Assembly: GCA_965224025.1 (NCBI GenBank)
Contig: OZ245033.1
Coordinates: 2,080,001 to 2,144,000 of the forward strand
Source of the DNA: Candidatus Multivorans sp.
GTDB taxonomy: Bacteria > Acidobacteriota > Thermoanaerobaculia > Multivoradales > Multivoraceae
Direction: 5' to 3'
DNA length: 64,000 nucleotides
Both the position numbers and the translations under genes were made by a program. Under the pieces are notes generated by a model, which saw only the letters and a program-made list of their open reading frames with translations, made no database searches and had not been told where the DNA came from. Positions 10,404 through 20,202 of this stretch are shown here, piece after piece. Position 1 is the stretch's first letter; every line of letters starts with the position of its first letter.

Positions 10404-11379
10404 TGCGCACGGCGACGGTGAGAAACTCCGGCACCAGCCCGTCCTGGTCTGCGAAGTCCTGCGGTTCCTTGCTCCGGAACGCGGCGGTTGGTTCGTCGAC
10501 TGCACGGTCGGCCTGGGCGGTCATGCCGCGGAACTCCTTGGGCGCTTTCCCGGCGCGCGGGTGCTCGGCATCGACCGCGACGAAGAAGCCCTGGACCACG
10601 CCCGGCGCAGGCTGCGCGAGTTCGGTTCGCGGGTCCTCCTGGTGCGCGGCAACTTCCATTCGATCGACGAAGTCGTGGCTGAGGCGGGCAGCGGGAAACC
10701 GGCGGGAATCCTCGCCGATCTCGGCGTTTCGTCGCTGCAACTGGACCAGGCGGAGCGGGGCTTCAGTTTCAGGCGCTCGGGCCCGCTCGACATGCGCATG
10801 GATCAATCGACTCGATCCGCAACAACGACTGCGAGGGACATCGTGAACCTGGAATCCCAGAGCGTGTTGGAGACCTTGCTCCGCGACTACGGCGAGGAGC
10901 GTCAAGCCCGCGGGATCGCCCGGGCGATCGTGGAGCGTCGTCGCCGCGGGCCGATCGAGACCACCGACGATCTGCGCGAGCTGGTTCACGAGACGGTCGG
11001 GACGTCCAGGATGAGGCGGGGCCGCGCGGTGCCGGGAAGCCGGTCGATCGATGCCGCGACAAGGACGTTCCAGGCACTTCGCATCGCGGTCAACGAAGAG
11101 TTGTCCGGATTGGGGCCGGCCCTCGAACGAGCGGTGAATTTGCTTGAGCGGGACGGCCGGCTGGTCGTCATCTCGTACCACAGCCTGGAAGACCGGATCG
11201 TCAAGCACCGGCTCCGCGCCAGTGCTCTGGGCGAGGTCGATCCGATCACCGGGCGCCCGCGCGCCGAAACGCGGCTGATCGAACTGATGACCAAGAAGCC
11301 GATCCGACCGCAGCCGAGCGAGGTGGAGTACAACCCGCGGTCACGATCCGCCCGGTTACGCGCGGCCCGGAGGCTCTAG
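10393..11379 (+). CDS. rsmH: 16S rRNA m4C1402 methyltransferase
   Basis: HQPVL, DCTVGLGGHA, DLGVSSLQLD, RTFQALRIAVNEEL, ISYHSLEDRIVK, NPRSRSARLR. Confidence 0.97.
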   Translation: MPSDAHGDGEKLRHQPVLVCEVLRFLAPERGGWFVDCTVGLGGHAAELLGRFPGARVLGIDRDEEALDHARRRLREFGSRVLLVRGNFHSIDEVVAEAGSGKPAGILADLGVSSLQLDQAERGFSFRRSGPLDMRMDQSTRSATTTARDIVNLESQSVLETLLRDYGEERQARGIARAIVERRRRGPIETTDDLRELVHETVGTSRMRRGRAVPGSRSIDAATRTFQALRIAVNEELSGLGPALERAVNLLERDGRLVVISYHSLEDRIVKHRLRASALGEVDPITGRPRAETRLIELMTKKPIRPQPSEVEYNPRSRSARLRAARRL

Positions 11380-11402
11380 CGACAGAGACGGGTTCGTGAA
11401 CT

Positions 11403-11789
11403 GTGAAGACCGGTTACAGCGTCAGCAAGGAGATCGCGAATCCCTTCCTCGTGCGCCAGCGGGATCCGGGCCGGCTTCGCGGCCTGTGGCGGCTGGTGGC
11501 GATCGTCCTGCCGTTCGCCGCCGCCGTGTTCGCGTACACCTGGGTACACGAACAGGGCCTGGAGGCGGGCTATCGGATCGAGCAGCTCGAACGGCGCCTG
11601 GAGGACCTGCTGCAGGAAGAGCGCCTGCTCGAGTTGGAAGCCACGCGGCTCACGCGGCCTGAGCGACTGCGGGCGATGGCGCTGGAACAACTCGGTATGG
11701 CGCCTCCGACGCTGGATCAGATGATCTTTCTGAATTCGGAGAGCGCGTCGCTGGTCCAGGCCGGCATCGCGACCGGGGCCGCGCGGTGA
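11403..11789 (+). CDS. ftsL: Cell division protein FtsL
   Basis: Between rsmH and ftsI; TM helix plus leucine zipper; PERLRAMALEQLGM. Confidence 0.85.
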   Translation: MKTGYSVSKEIANPFLVRQRDPGRLRGLWRLVAIVLPFAAAVFAYTWVHEQGLEAGYRIEQLERRLEDLLQEERLLELEATRLTRPERLRAMALEQLGMAPPTLDQMIFLNSESASLVQAGIATGAAR

Positions 11790-13621
11790 ACGCCCTCGGA
11801 CCCCGCGCCCGGGGCGCCCGGCGCCGTCACGTCGGAAGGCTGACGATCCTCGTCACGGTCGCCGGCATCTGGATGGGCGCGATCGGTTGGCGGCTTTTCG
11901 ATCTGCAGATTCGCGGCGCCGACTCATACCGCGAGCGCGCGGCGCGGCAGCAGCGCAGCGAAGTCGTCCTGAACCCCAAGCGCGGGACGATCTACGACTC
12001 GCGCGGCAGAACCATGGCGGTGTCGGTCGAGACCCGAACGCTCTATGCCGAAACCGCCAAGGTGGACGATCCGGCGGCGCTGGCCGCCTACATTGGCCCG
12101 TTGGTGGGCCGCGCCGAGGGACGGATCGAGGCGCTGCTGCAGAAGCCCGGGCACATGCCGCTGGCGCGGAAGCTCGACCGCGACCTGGCCGACGGCATCG
12201 ACCTGTCGGCCTTTCCGGGCCTCTACTTTCTGACCGAGAGCAAGCGCGAGTACCCGATGGGATCGCTGATGGCTCATGTGCTTGGCTTCGTCGGCACGGA
12301 CCGCAGCCTCGCGGGCATCGAACTCCGGTACGACGACGAGGTCGCGGGTGAGTCGGTCAGGAGACACGTGCTCCGAGATGGCCAGCAGCGGTTGGTCGTC
12401 GTCGCCGGTTCCCTGGGCGAACCGAAGCCGGGGGCGGACCTCCACCTGACCATCGACGCGACCATCCAGCACCTGGCTGAGCGCGCCCTGCGGGAGACGA
12501 TCGAGTGGTCGAAGGCAAAGGCCGGCAACGTGGTAATTCTGGCGCCGGAGGATTCGGCGGTGCTGGCGATGGCCTCCTATCCGGCCTTCGACCCGAACCA
12601 ATTCGGCGACTTCGGTCCCGATGAGCGCCGGAACAGGGCACTGCAGGACTCCTATGAGCCTGGCTCGACGTTCAAGACGATCACGGTGGCGGGGGCGTTC
12701 GAGCGGCAGGTGGTCCACGCCGACCAGATCATGGACTGCGGCAATGGACGGATTCGCGTCGGCAAGGCGCGGATCAACGACCACAAGCCCTTTCCCGAAC
12801 TCACTTTCCGCACGGCGATCGCCAAGTCGAGCAACGTCTGCGCGGTCAAGGCCGGGCTTCTGGCCGGTGAGCAGACGATGCAGGACCTCGTGTCGGCCTT
12901 CGGGTTCGGCGCCGCTACCGGAATCGACATTGGCGGGGAACACCCGGGCATCGTGCCGCTCCGGGTCTGGGATCGTGAGACGACGGCCTATGCTTCGTTT
13001 GGCCACGGTCTGGCCGTGACGCCCTTGCAACTCGCGAACGCCTACGCCTCGGTTGCCAACGGGGGGGTGTGGAACCAGCCGTACATCGTGAGTGCCCTGG
13101 AGCGCGAAGGCGAGATCGTCGACGTGCGTCCCACGGATCGCAGCCGGCGCGTGATCTCGAAGTCGACCGCGTACCAGGTCATCCGCCTGCTCGAGGAAGT
13201 CGTTGTGAGCGGCACCGGCCGGAAGGCCGCCATCGCCGGCTACCGGGTAGCCGGCAAGACGGGGACGGCGGAGAAGTCGGACTCGGGGGGCTACTCGGAG
13301 ACCGGTCGCGTCGCCGGTTTCGTGGGTATCGCTCCCGCGCGGGCGCCCCGGTTGGTCTGTCTGGTGATGATCGACGAGCCGACCGTCGCCACCGGTGGCG
13401 GTGAAGTCGCGGCGCCGGCCTTCCAGCGCATCGTCAGCGAAGCGTTGTTCTACCTCGGTGCAACGCCCTCGCGCCAGCCGATGGGCTGGAGCCAACCGGT
13501 GTGGTTGCGGCCGGCCGAGCCGGCGGAGGTCAAGGTCGCCAACGCGGTCGACGAAGAGGAAGTGAAGCAGGAGGACACGGGGACGGAAGGCGAGCCGTGG
13601 ACGGCAAAGGCTTCGAGTTGA
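11786..13621 (+). CDS. ftsI: Class B PBP (PBP3)
   Basis: RGTIYDSRG, YEPGSTFK (SxxK), KSSNV (SxN), GKTGTA. Confidence 0.95.
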   Translation: MNALGPRARGARRRHVGRLTILVTVAGIWMGAIGWRLFDLQIRGADSYRERAARQQRSEVVLNPKRGTIYDSRGRTMAVSVETRTLYAETAKVDDPAALAAYIGPLVGRAEGRIEALLQKPGHMPLARKLDRDLADGIDLSAFPGLYFLTESKREYPMGSLMAHVLGFVGTDRSLAGIELRYDDEVAGESVRRHVLRDGQQRLVVVAGSLGEPKPGADLHLTIDATIQHLAERALRETIEWSKAKAGNVVILAPEDSAVLAMASYPAFDPNQFGDFGPDERRNRALQDSYEPGSTFKTITVAGAFERQVVHADQIMDCGNGRIRVGKARINDHKPFPELTFRTAIAKSSNVCAVKAGLLAGEQTMQDLVSAFGFGAATGIDIGGEHPGIVPLRVWDRETTAYASFGHGLAVTPLQLANAYASVANGGVWNQPYIVSALEREGEIVDVRPTDRSRRVISKSTAYQVIRLLEEVVVSGTGRKAAIAGYRVAGKTGTAEKSDSGGYSETGRVAGFVGIAPARAPRLVCLVMIDEPTVATGGGEVAAPAFQRIVSEALFYLGATPSRQPMGWSQPVWLRPAEPAEVKVANAVDEEEVKQEDTGTEGEPWTAKASS

Positions 13622-15168
13622 TGAGACTCGGCGACGCGATCGCCGACCTGCCGCTGAGGTCACCGCTGGGCCTTGCCGCCGCCGAGACGGAAGTCACGGG
13701 CGTACAGCACGACTCCCGCCGGGTTGTGAGCGGAGACCTGTTCGTCGCCTGGCGAGGCGACCTTCACGACGGCCGTGTCTTCGCTCCGGACGCCGTGGCG
13801 CGGGGCGCCGCGGCGGTACTCGCGTTCGGCCCGCCGCCTGCTCCTCCCGCCGTACCGTGGCTGGTGGTCAACGATCCACGTGCCCGCATGGGGCGGGTGG
13901 CCGCGAGGCTCTACGGCCACCCGGAACGGGAGCTGCTGACCGTCGGCGTCACCGGCACCAACGGCAAGAGCACGACCTCCCAGTTGATCGGCGCCTGCTT
14001 GACCCGGTCGGGTCGTTCCGCCGCGGTGGTCGGAACCCTGGGCCGCACGGTCCATCGGCCGGGTTCCGAGCCCGCAGCTTTCGAGCCCCTGAGCCGGGCG
14101 GCGGAGGACCGCACGACGCCGGAGAGCAGCGACCTGTTCAGGATGCTGCGCCGGGCCGTGGACCTGGGCGCCCGGTCGGCGGCGATCGAGGTCTCGTCCC
14201 ATGCCCTCGACCAGGGCCGCATGAACGGCATGGGGTTCGACGCCGCGGTGTTCACGAACCTGACCAGAGACCATCTCGACTACCACGCATCGCTCGAGAC
14301 CTACTTCGCGGCCAAGCGCCGCCTGTTCTCCTTGCTCCGGCCTGGGGGCGCGGCGGTACTCAACGTCGACGACGAGTACGGCCGTCGTCTGGCGCCCATG
14401 ATCGGGACTGGCGGCGGGGTCGTGCGGTTCAGCGCCTCTGGACGTTCGGAAGCCGACGTGCGAGTGGTCCGCGCCGAACTCGATCTTGCCGGGATTCGCG
14501 CCGAGGTCGAGACGCCCGCGGGCCTCATCGCGTTGAACAGCCCGCTTCTCGGCCGGTTCAACGTCGAGAACCTGGCCGCGGCAGTGGCGGCGGCTCAGGC
14601 CCTCGGCGTCTCCGTCGAGGCCATTCGTGACGCGGTAGCGGACCAAGCGCCCCTTTCCGGCCGGCTTGAGTCGGTGGATCGCGGTCAGGAGTTCCCGGTA
14701 CTGGTCGACTACGCCCACACGGACGGGGGGCTGCGCGCCGCCCTGGCGGCGGTGCGCGAACTGAGCGACCGGCGGATTGCCGTCGTGTTCGGCTGCGGCG
14801 GTGACCGCGATCGCGGCAAGCGGGAGCTGATGGGGCGCGCGGCGGGAGAACTGGCGGATCTCGCGATCGTCACCGACGACAACCCGCGGAGCGAGGAACC
14901 GGGGCTGATTCATGCCGCGATCGTCGCCGGCCTCGAGGCCGCTCGGGGATGTGCCTGGGAAGTCGTTGCGGATCGGCGCGCGGCGATTCGGCGGGCCGTG
15001 TCGGTAGCGGCCGCGGCGCCCGGGTGGACGGTGCTGATCGCGGGCAAGGGCCACGAGGCGACGCAGACGACTGGCGACCTGAAGGCGCCCTTTCGTGACC
15101 GGGACGAAGCGGAGTCGGCCATAAGCGCACTGAACGGGGAGCGGGGCGGTGAGACGGCCCCTTGCTGA
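13621..15168 (+). CDS. murE: UDP-MurNAc-tripeptide synthetase
   Basis: VTGTNGKST, EVSSHALDQGR, FTNLTRDHLDYH, VDYAHT, DNPR (mDAP specificity); ATG overlaps ftsI stop. Confidence 0.96.
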   Translation: MRLGDAIADLPLRSPLGLAAAETEVTGVQHDSRRVVSGDLFVAWRGDLHDGRVFAPDAVARGAAAVLAFGPPPAPPAVPWLVVNDPRARMGRVAARLYGHPERELLTVGVTGTNGKSTTSQLIGACLTRSGRSAAVVGTLGRTVHRPGSEPAAFEPLSRAAEDRTTPESSDLFRMLRRAVDLGARSAAIEVSSHALDQGRMNGMGFDAAVFTNLTRDHLDYHASLETYFAAKRRLFSLLRPGGAAVLNVDDEYGRRLAPMIGTGGGVVRFSASGRSEADVRVVRAELDLAGIRAEVETPAGLIALNSPLLGRFNVENLAAAVAAAQALGVSVEAIRDAVADQAPLSGRLESVDRGQEFPVLVDYAHTDGGLRAALAAVRELSDRRIAVVFGCGGDRDRGKRELMGRAAGELADLAIVTDDNPRSEEPGLIHAAIVAGLEAARGCAWEVVADRRAAIRRAVSVAAAAPGWTVLIAGKGHEATQTTGDLKAPFRDRDEAESAISALNGERGGETAPC

Positions 15169-16600
15169 TGCGGTCAGGATCATGAACGGCTGCCTGATCG
15201 GAGAGGTTGAACCCGGCGCCTGTTACCGGGGCGCGGCGATCGACTCGCGCCGGGTCGAGGGCGGCGAACTGTTCTTCGCGCTGCCCGGTGAGCGGACCGA
15301 CGGCCACCGCTTCGTGGCCAACGCCCTGGCCGCGGGCGCCGCGGCGTCGGTGGTGGCTGCGCCGGTCGACCAGGCGGGGGGGCCCCAGATCGGGGTCGAC
15401 GACGTGACCGCGGCGCTCCACGATCTGACCCGGGACCATCGCCGGAAGCTCAAGGCCCGGGTCGCGTCGGTCACCGGCTCGGCCGGCAAGACGACGACCA
15501 AGGACTTGCTGGCCCTGTTGCTCGGCGAGTGCTGGCGGATTCACAAGAGTCCGGGCAATCTGAACAACCTTCTTGGCTTCCCGCTCACGCTGCTTGCCGT
15601 GGAGGAGGACTGCGAGTGGCTGGTGGCCGAGATGGGGATGTCGGTTCCCGGCGAGCTGGCCGCGGTCAGCCGGCTCGGCCGGCCGGACGTTGCGGTGTTC
15701 ACGAACGTACGGCCGGCACACCTCGCCGGCTTCGAGCAGGAGAGTGGCGTTGCCGCGGGCGTGGAGGCGATTGCGCGGGCCAAGGCGGAGCTGCTCGAGG
15801 GGCTGGCGGACGACGGGTTGGTCGTCGCGAACGCCGGCAGCCCCCACGTGGTGGGCCTCGTTGAGCGATACCTAGCCGAACGTCCGGAAAGCGGCCGCGC
15901 CGCCGCGGCCGAGCGCGTCGTGTGGTACGAGGTGGCGCCCGCGGCCGGAAAGACCCCCGTCGCCGAGGTCACGGCGCGTGACCTCGAGCCGCTGGTGGGA
16001 GGACCGGGAACGCGTTTCGTGCTCGACCGGGGCGGCGCCGAAGCACTCGTCGAACTGCCCCTGCACGGTCGGGTCAACGTCGAGAACTTCCTCGCCGCTG
16101 CTGCCTGTGCCCTTCGCCTCGGCGTTCCGATCGAGCGCGTGGCCGCGGCCGCGCGGCGGCCGACGTCCGCGGCCGGGCGCGGCGAGGTGGTTGCCCTGTC
16201 TTCGGGCGCCACCCTGGTGGACGACTCGTACAACTCGAATCCGGAAGCCGCACTGCTTGCGCTTCAGGCGGCGCGCGGGCTCGACGGCCGGCGCCACGTG
16301 GCGATCCTGGGGGAGATGCTCGAACTCGGGAGCGCCGAGCGCCGTTACCACCGGGAACTGGGCAGCGCCGCCGCCGATCTGGGATTCGACCTGGTCGTGG
16401 GCGTCGGCGGGTTGACGACCGACCTGGTGGCGGCCGCGGTCGAGGGCGGCGCACGGACCGTCTGGTTCGAGGACTCACTCGCCGCGAGCGCCGGCACGCC
16501 GGCCCTGATCAGGAACCGCGACGTCGTGCTCGTCAAGGGTTCGCGCGGCTCGGCGCTCGAGCACGTGGTCGCGGCGCTGAGGCGGGAGGGGGCGAACTGA
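15149..16600 (+). CDS. murF: UDP-MurNAc-pentapeptide synthetase
   Basis: VTGSAGKTTTKD, GNLNNLLG, DDSYNSNP, GEMLELG, LVKGSRG. Confidence 0.96.
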   Translation: MRRPLADAVRIMNGCLIGEVEPGACYRGAAIDSRRVEGGELFFALPGERTDGHRFVANALAAGAAASVVAAPVDQAGGPQIGVDDVTAALHDLTRDHRRKLKARVASVTGSAGKTTTKDLLALLLGECWRIHKSPGNLNNLLGFPLTLLAVEEDCEWLVAEMGMSVPGELAAVSRLGRPDVAVFTNVRPAHLAGFEQESGVAAGVEAIARAKAELLEGLADDGLVVANAGSPHVVGLVERYLAERPESGRAAAAERVVWYEVAPAAGKTPVAEVTARDLEPLVGGPGTRFVLDRGGAEALVELPLHGRVNVENFLAAAACALRLGVPIERVAAAARRPTSAAGRGEVVALSSGATLVDDSYNSNPEAALLALQAARGLDGRRHVAILGEMLELGSAERRYHRELGSAAADLGFDLVVGVGGLTTDLVAAAVEGGARTVWFEDSLAASAGTPALIRNRDVVLVKGSRGSALEHVVAALRREGAN

Positions 16601-17676
16601 TGCTGCTCGACCTGCTGCTGCCGCTCGGCGAGAGGATGGCACCCTTCAACGTCGTCCAGTACATCACCTTTCGCTGCGCCTGCGCCGCGGTGACGGGTGT
16701 CCTGCTGAGCCTGACGCTGGGTCCCAGTTTCATCCGCGCCGCCCGGCGCCTGTCGATCGGACAGGCGATCCGCGAGGAGGGCCCGGAGCGGCACAAGAGC
16801 AAGGCCGGCACGCCGACCATGGGGGGACTGCTCATTCTCACCGCGGTGATCGTTCCCACCCTGCTGTGGTCCGACCTGTCGAACGTTTACGTGTGGCTCG
16901 CGGTCGGCACGACGATCGCGCTCGGCGCGGTCGGCTTCGTCGACGACCTGTTCAAGGTCCGGCGGCGCCACAACAAGGGCCTTGGCATGAAGGCGAAGTT
17001 CGGCCTGCAGCTCGCGGTGGGCGCGGCGCTCGGCGCCGGCCTGGTCGGCCTGACGGATCTCGACCTGAACCTGAGCTTTCCCTTCTTCAAGACCCTGTTG
17101 ATCGAACTCGGGCCGTTCTACATTCCCTTCGTCGCCATCCTGATCGCCGGTTCGTCGAATGCGGTGAACCTCACCGACGGGCTCGACGGCCTGGCGATCG
17201 GCGCCACCCTGGTGGCGGCGGCGACCTACGCGATCTTCGCCTACATCGCGGGCAACTCGATCGCCGCCCGCTACCTGCAGGTGCCCTACGTCCCGGGGGC
17301 GGGCGAGGTCGCGATCATCTGCTCCGCACTGGTCGGCGCCAGCCTCGGCTTCCTTTGGTTCAACGCCCATCCGGCGCAGGTGTTCATGGGCGATGTCGGC
17401 TCGCTGGCGATCGGCGGCACGATCGGCGCGGTGGCGGTGCTCTCCAAGCAGGAGCTGCTGCTCGTGCTGGTCGGCGGGCTGTTCGTGCTGGAAGCGTTGT
17501 CCGTGATCGTCCAGGTGGCGTCCTACAAGATGACCGGGCGCCGGGTGCTTCGCATGGCGCCGCTCCACCATCACTTCGAGCTCCGGGGCTGGAGCGAGAA
17601 CCAGGTCATCGTGCGGTTCTGGATTCTCGCCGTGCTGTTCGCCTTTCTCGGGCTGTCGACGTTGAAGTTGAGGTAA
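16600..17676 (+). CDS. mraY: Phospho-MurNAc-pentapeptide transferase
   Basis: KAGTPTMGG, SNAVNLTDGLDGLA, FMGDVGSL, APLHHHFE. Confidence 0.98.
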   Translation: MLLDLLLPLGERMAPFNVVQYITFRCACAAVTGVLLSLTLGPSFIRAARRLSIGQAIREEGPERHKSKAGTPTMGGLLILTAVIVPTLLWSDLSNVYVWLAVGTTIALGAVGFVDDLFKVRRRHNKGLGMKAKFGLQLAVGAALGAGLVGLTDLDLNLSFPFFKTLLIELGPFYIPFVAILIAGSSNAVNLTDGLDGLAIGATLVAAATYAIFAYIAGNSIAARYLQVPYVPGAGEVAIICSALVGASLGFLWFNAHPAQVFMGDVGSLAIGGTIGAVAVLSKQELLLVLVGGLFVLEALSVIVQVASYKMTGRRVLRMAPLHHHFELRGWSENQVIVRFWILAVLFAFLGLSTLKLR

Positions 17677-17681
17677 CGGCG

Positions 17682-19133
17682 TTGGTCGAGTCGAGCAGCA
17701 GCACGTCCGCGGTCCCGGCGCCGCCGGTGTCCGCGTGGCGGCGGGCCCTGGTCTATGGGCTGGGCCTTTCCGGCGTGGCCGCGGCACGCGTACTGAGTGA
17801 CCGCGGTGTCCGTGTGGCGGCCGTCGATGGCCGTCCCGCCTCCGATCTGGGATCCGCGGCTCGGGAACTCCTGCGGACAGGACGGGTCGAGACGTTGCTG
17901 AACGAACAGGCCGAGCTCCCGTCCGACGTCGATGCGGTCGTCCTGAGTCCCGGCGTGCCGCCGAACCGGCCCCTTCTGCGGAGCGCCCGATCGGAGAAGA
18001 CGCCGGTTCTGGCAGAAGTGGAACTCGCCTGGCGCCTGCTGGAGGGGTCGGCGGCGCCGACGGTGGTGGCGATCACCGGCAGCAACGGCAAGAGCACGAC
18101 GGCCGCTCTCACCGGCGCCCTGCTCGAAGCAGCGGGTTACCCGGTCGAGGTCTGCGGCAACATCGGCACGCCGCTTTCCGCACGCGTCGACGGACCGCCC
18201 GGGCGCGTGTTCGTGGTCGAACTCTCGAGCTTCCAGCTCGAGGCCATAGGCGGCTTCCGTCCCCGGGCGGCGGCGCTCCTGAACATCAGCCCCGACCATC
18301 TCGACCGCTACCGCAACGTGGCCGAGTACGCGGCCGCGAAGGCGCGTATCTTCTGCAACCAGGTACGCGGAGACATCGCCGTGGTGAACGGCGACGACTC
18401 CGGGGCGCGCCGGCTCGCGACCGACCGGGAGGAGGCATCGGCCCAGGTTAGGCGGCGCTTCTTCTCGCGTCTCCGTCAGGTCGAGGACGGTTGTTACCTG
18501 GACCGCGACCGGGTGATCGAGGTCGGCCCCGACGTTCGGCGCGAGCTGTTCCGGCTCGACGATCTGGCGTTGGATGGGCTGCACAACGTGGAGAACGCGA
18601 TGGCGGCCGCGCTGCTCGCGTCGGCCGTCGGCGCCGACCCGCACGGTTTCACGCCGGGTCTTCGTGGCTTTGCCGGCCTGCCCCACCGGATGCGTCTGGT
18701 CGACATCGTGGACGGTGTCCGCTACTACAACGACTCGAAGGCAACCAACCCGGCGGCGTCGACGCGGGCGTTGGCCGGTTTCGCCGAGCGCTCCGTTCAC
18801 CTGATTCTGGGTGGCCGGGCCAAGGGGGAAGGCGCCGACTTCGCCGAACTGGCGGCGATGGCGGCGACCAGGGCGGCGGCGGTCTACCTGATCGGCGAGG
18901 CCGCCGATGCGATCGCATCCGTGTTGCCCGAAGGCGCCGCGCGTCACTGCTGCGGTTCGCTCGAACGGGCGGTCGAGGCGGCATCCGCCGCGTCGAGCCG
19001 GGGCGAGAACGTGCTGCTCTCGCCGGCCTGCGCCAGCTTCGACCAGTTCGAGGACTTCGCCGACCGCGGCCGTCAGTTCGAGCGTCAGGTCGAAGCTCTG
19101 GCGGCAGCTCGCGAAAGGGGCGGCGATGGCTAA
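17682..19133 (+). CDS. murD: UDP-MurNAc-L-Ala-D-Glu ligase
   Basis: GLGLSG, ITGSNGKST, ELSSFQLE, DHLDRY, NDSKATN, LLSPACASFDQF; start inferred at TTG 17682. Confidence 0.95.
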   Translation: MVESSSSTSAVPAPPVSAWRRALVYGLGLSGVAAARVLSDRGVRVAAVDGRPASDLGSAARELLRTGRVETLLNEQAELPSDVDAVVLSPGVPPNRPLLRSARSEKTPVLAEVELAWRLLEGSAAPTVVAITGSNGKSTTAALTGALLEAAGYPVEVCGNIGTPLSARVDGPPGRVFVVELSSFQLEAIGGFRPRAAALLNISPDHLDRYRNVAEYAAAKARIFCNQVRGDIAVVNGDDSGARRLATDREEASAQVRRRFFSRLRQVEDGCYLDRDRVIEVGPDVRRELFRLDDLALDGLHNVENAMAAALLASAVGADPHGFTPGLRGFAGLPHRMRLVDIVDGVRYYNDSKATNPAASTRALAGFAERSVHLILGGRAKGEGADFAELAAMAATRAAAVYLIGEAADAIASVLPEGAARHCCGSLERAVEAASAASSRGENVLLSPACASFDQFEDFADRGRQFERQVEALAAARERGGDG

Positions 19134-20202
19134 GAAGCTCGCCATCGACAAGGTGCTCTTCACGGTCGTCGTCCTGCTGGTGGTGGGGGGTCTGGTCGTG
19201 GTCTATTCGGCCAACCCGCCCGAACCCGATGGCGGCTTCAAGCGGCAGTTCGTCACCCAGTTGGCGGCGGCGATCGTCGGTCTCGCGGCGATGCTGGTGG
19301 TGATGAGCATCGACTACCGGCGCTGGGCCAGACCGTGGTTGGTGTACGCCGGCCTCGGCGTCTCGCTCGGGCTGCTTGGCATCGTGTTGGCATCGCCGCC
19401 GATCAACGGCAGCAGCCGGTGGTTGTCCCTTGGACCGCTGACGTTCCAGCCGTCGGAGCTGGCCAAGGTCGCGGTGATCCTCTTTCTCGCGTACCAGATC
19501 CACCGCTGCCCCGAGGGTGTCAGTCAGCCCCGGGTACTCGTGCCGTGCGGAATCGCCGTCGGCCTGGTGACCCTGCTGGTGCTGCAGGCCCCGGACTTCG
19601 GCAGCGCCGCGTTGATCCTGGGGATCTCGGCGGTCATGCTGTTTCTCGCGGGTCTGTCCTGGCGCTGGATCGTGCCCGGGTTGCTTGTGTTCCCGGCGCT
19701 GTTGGGGCTCTTCATCTGGTCGGAGCCCTACCGCGTGGAGCGGGTGATGGGATTCCTCTCGCCGGAGACCGACCCTTCGGGCAACGGCTTCCAGGTGTTG
19801 CAGTCGCTGATCGCGATCGGCTCGGGCGGCGTGACCGGTCAGGGACTGGGCGAGAGCGCCCAGAAGCTCTACTTCCTGCCGCTCGCGAGTTCCGACTTCA
19901 TCTTCTCGATCGTCAGCGAGGAGCTCGGATTGATCGGCGCCGCCGCGGTACTGGCCGCCTTCGTCGTTCTCGCCTGGCGGGGCTACGTCGCCGGGCACCG
20001 GGCCCCGGACCCGTTCGGCCGGTTTCTCGCCTGGGGACTGACGTCGACGGTGCTCATCCAGGCGCTCGTCAACATCAGCGTCACCGTCGGACTGGTGCCG
20101 GTCACCGGTACGCCTCTGCCGTTTCTGTCGCACGGCGGATCCTCCCTGGTCATGACCCTGGTCGCGTGCGGCCTGCTGTTGAGTGTTTCGGAGCATGGAT
20201 GA
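19126..20202 (+). CDS. ftsW: SEDS peptidoglycan polymerase FtsW
   Basis: FQPSELAK, PDFGS, DFIFSIVSEELG, LPFLSHGGSSL. Confidence 0.96.
   Translation: MAKKLAIDKVLFTVVVLLVVGGLVVVYSANPPEPDGGFKRQFVTQLAAAIVGLAAMLVVMSIDYRRWARPWLVYAGLGVSLGLLGIVLASPPINGSSRWLSLGPLTFQPSELAKVAVILFLAYQIHRCPEGVSQPRVLVPCGIAVGLVTLLVLQAPDFGSAALILGISAVMLFLAGLSWRWIVPGLLVFPALLGLFIWSEPYRVERVMGFLSPETDPSGNGFQVLQSLIAIGSGGVTGQGLGESAQKLYFLPLASSDFIFSIVSEELGLIGAAAVLAAFVVLAWRGYVAGHRAPDPFGRFLAWGLTSTVLIQALVNISVTVGLVPVTGTPLPFLSHGGSSLVMTLVACGLLLSVSEHG

Noticed and set aside
16866-17681. Apparent long N-terminal extension of MurD; similar for MurE, MurG, MurC and MltG in the ORF track
   Set aside because: Open frames overlapping the upstream gene; real starts lie at gene junctions.
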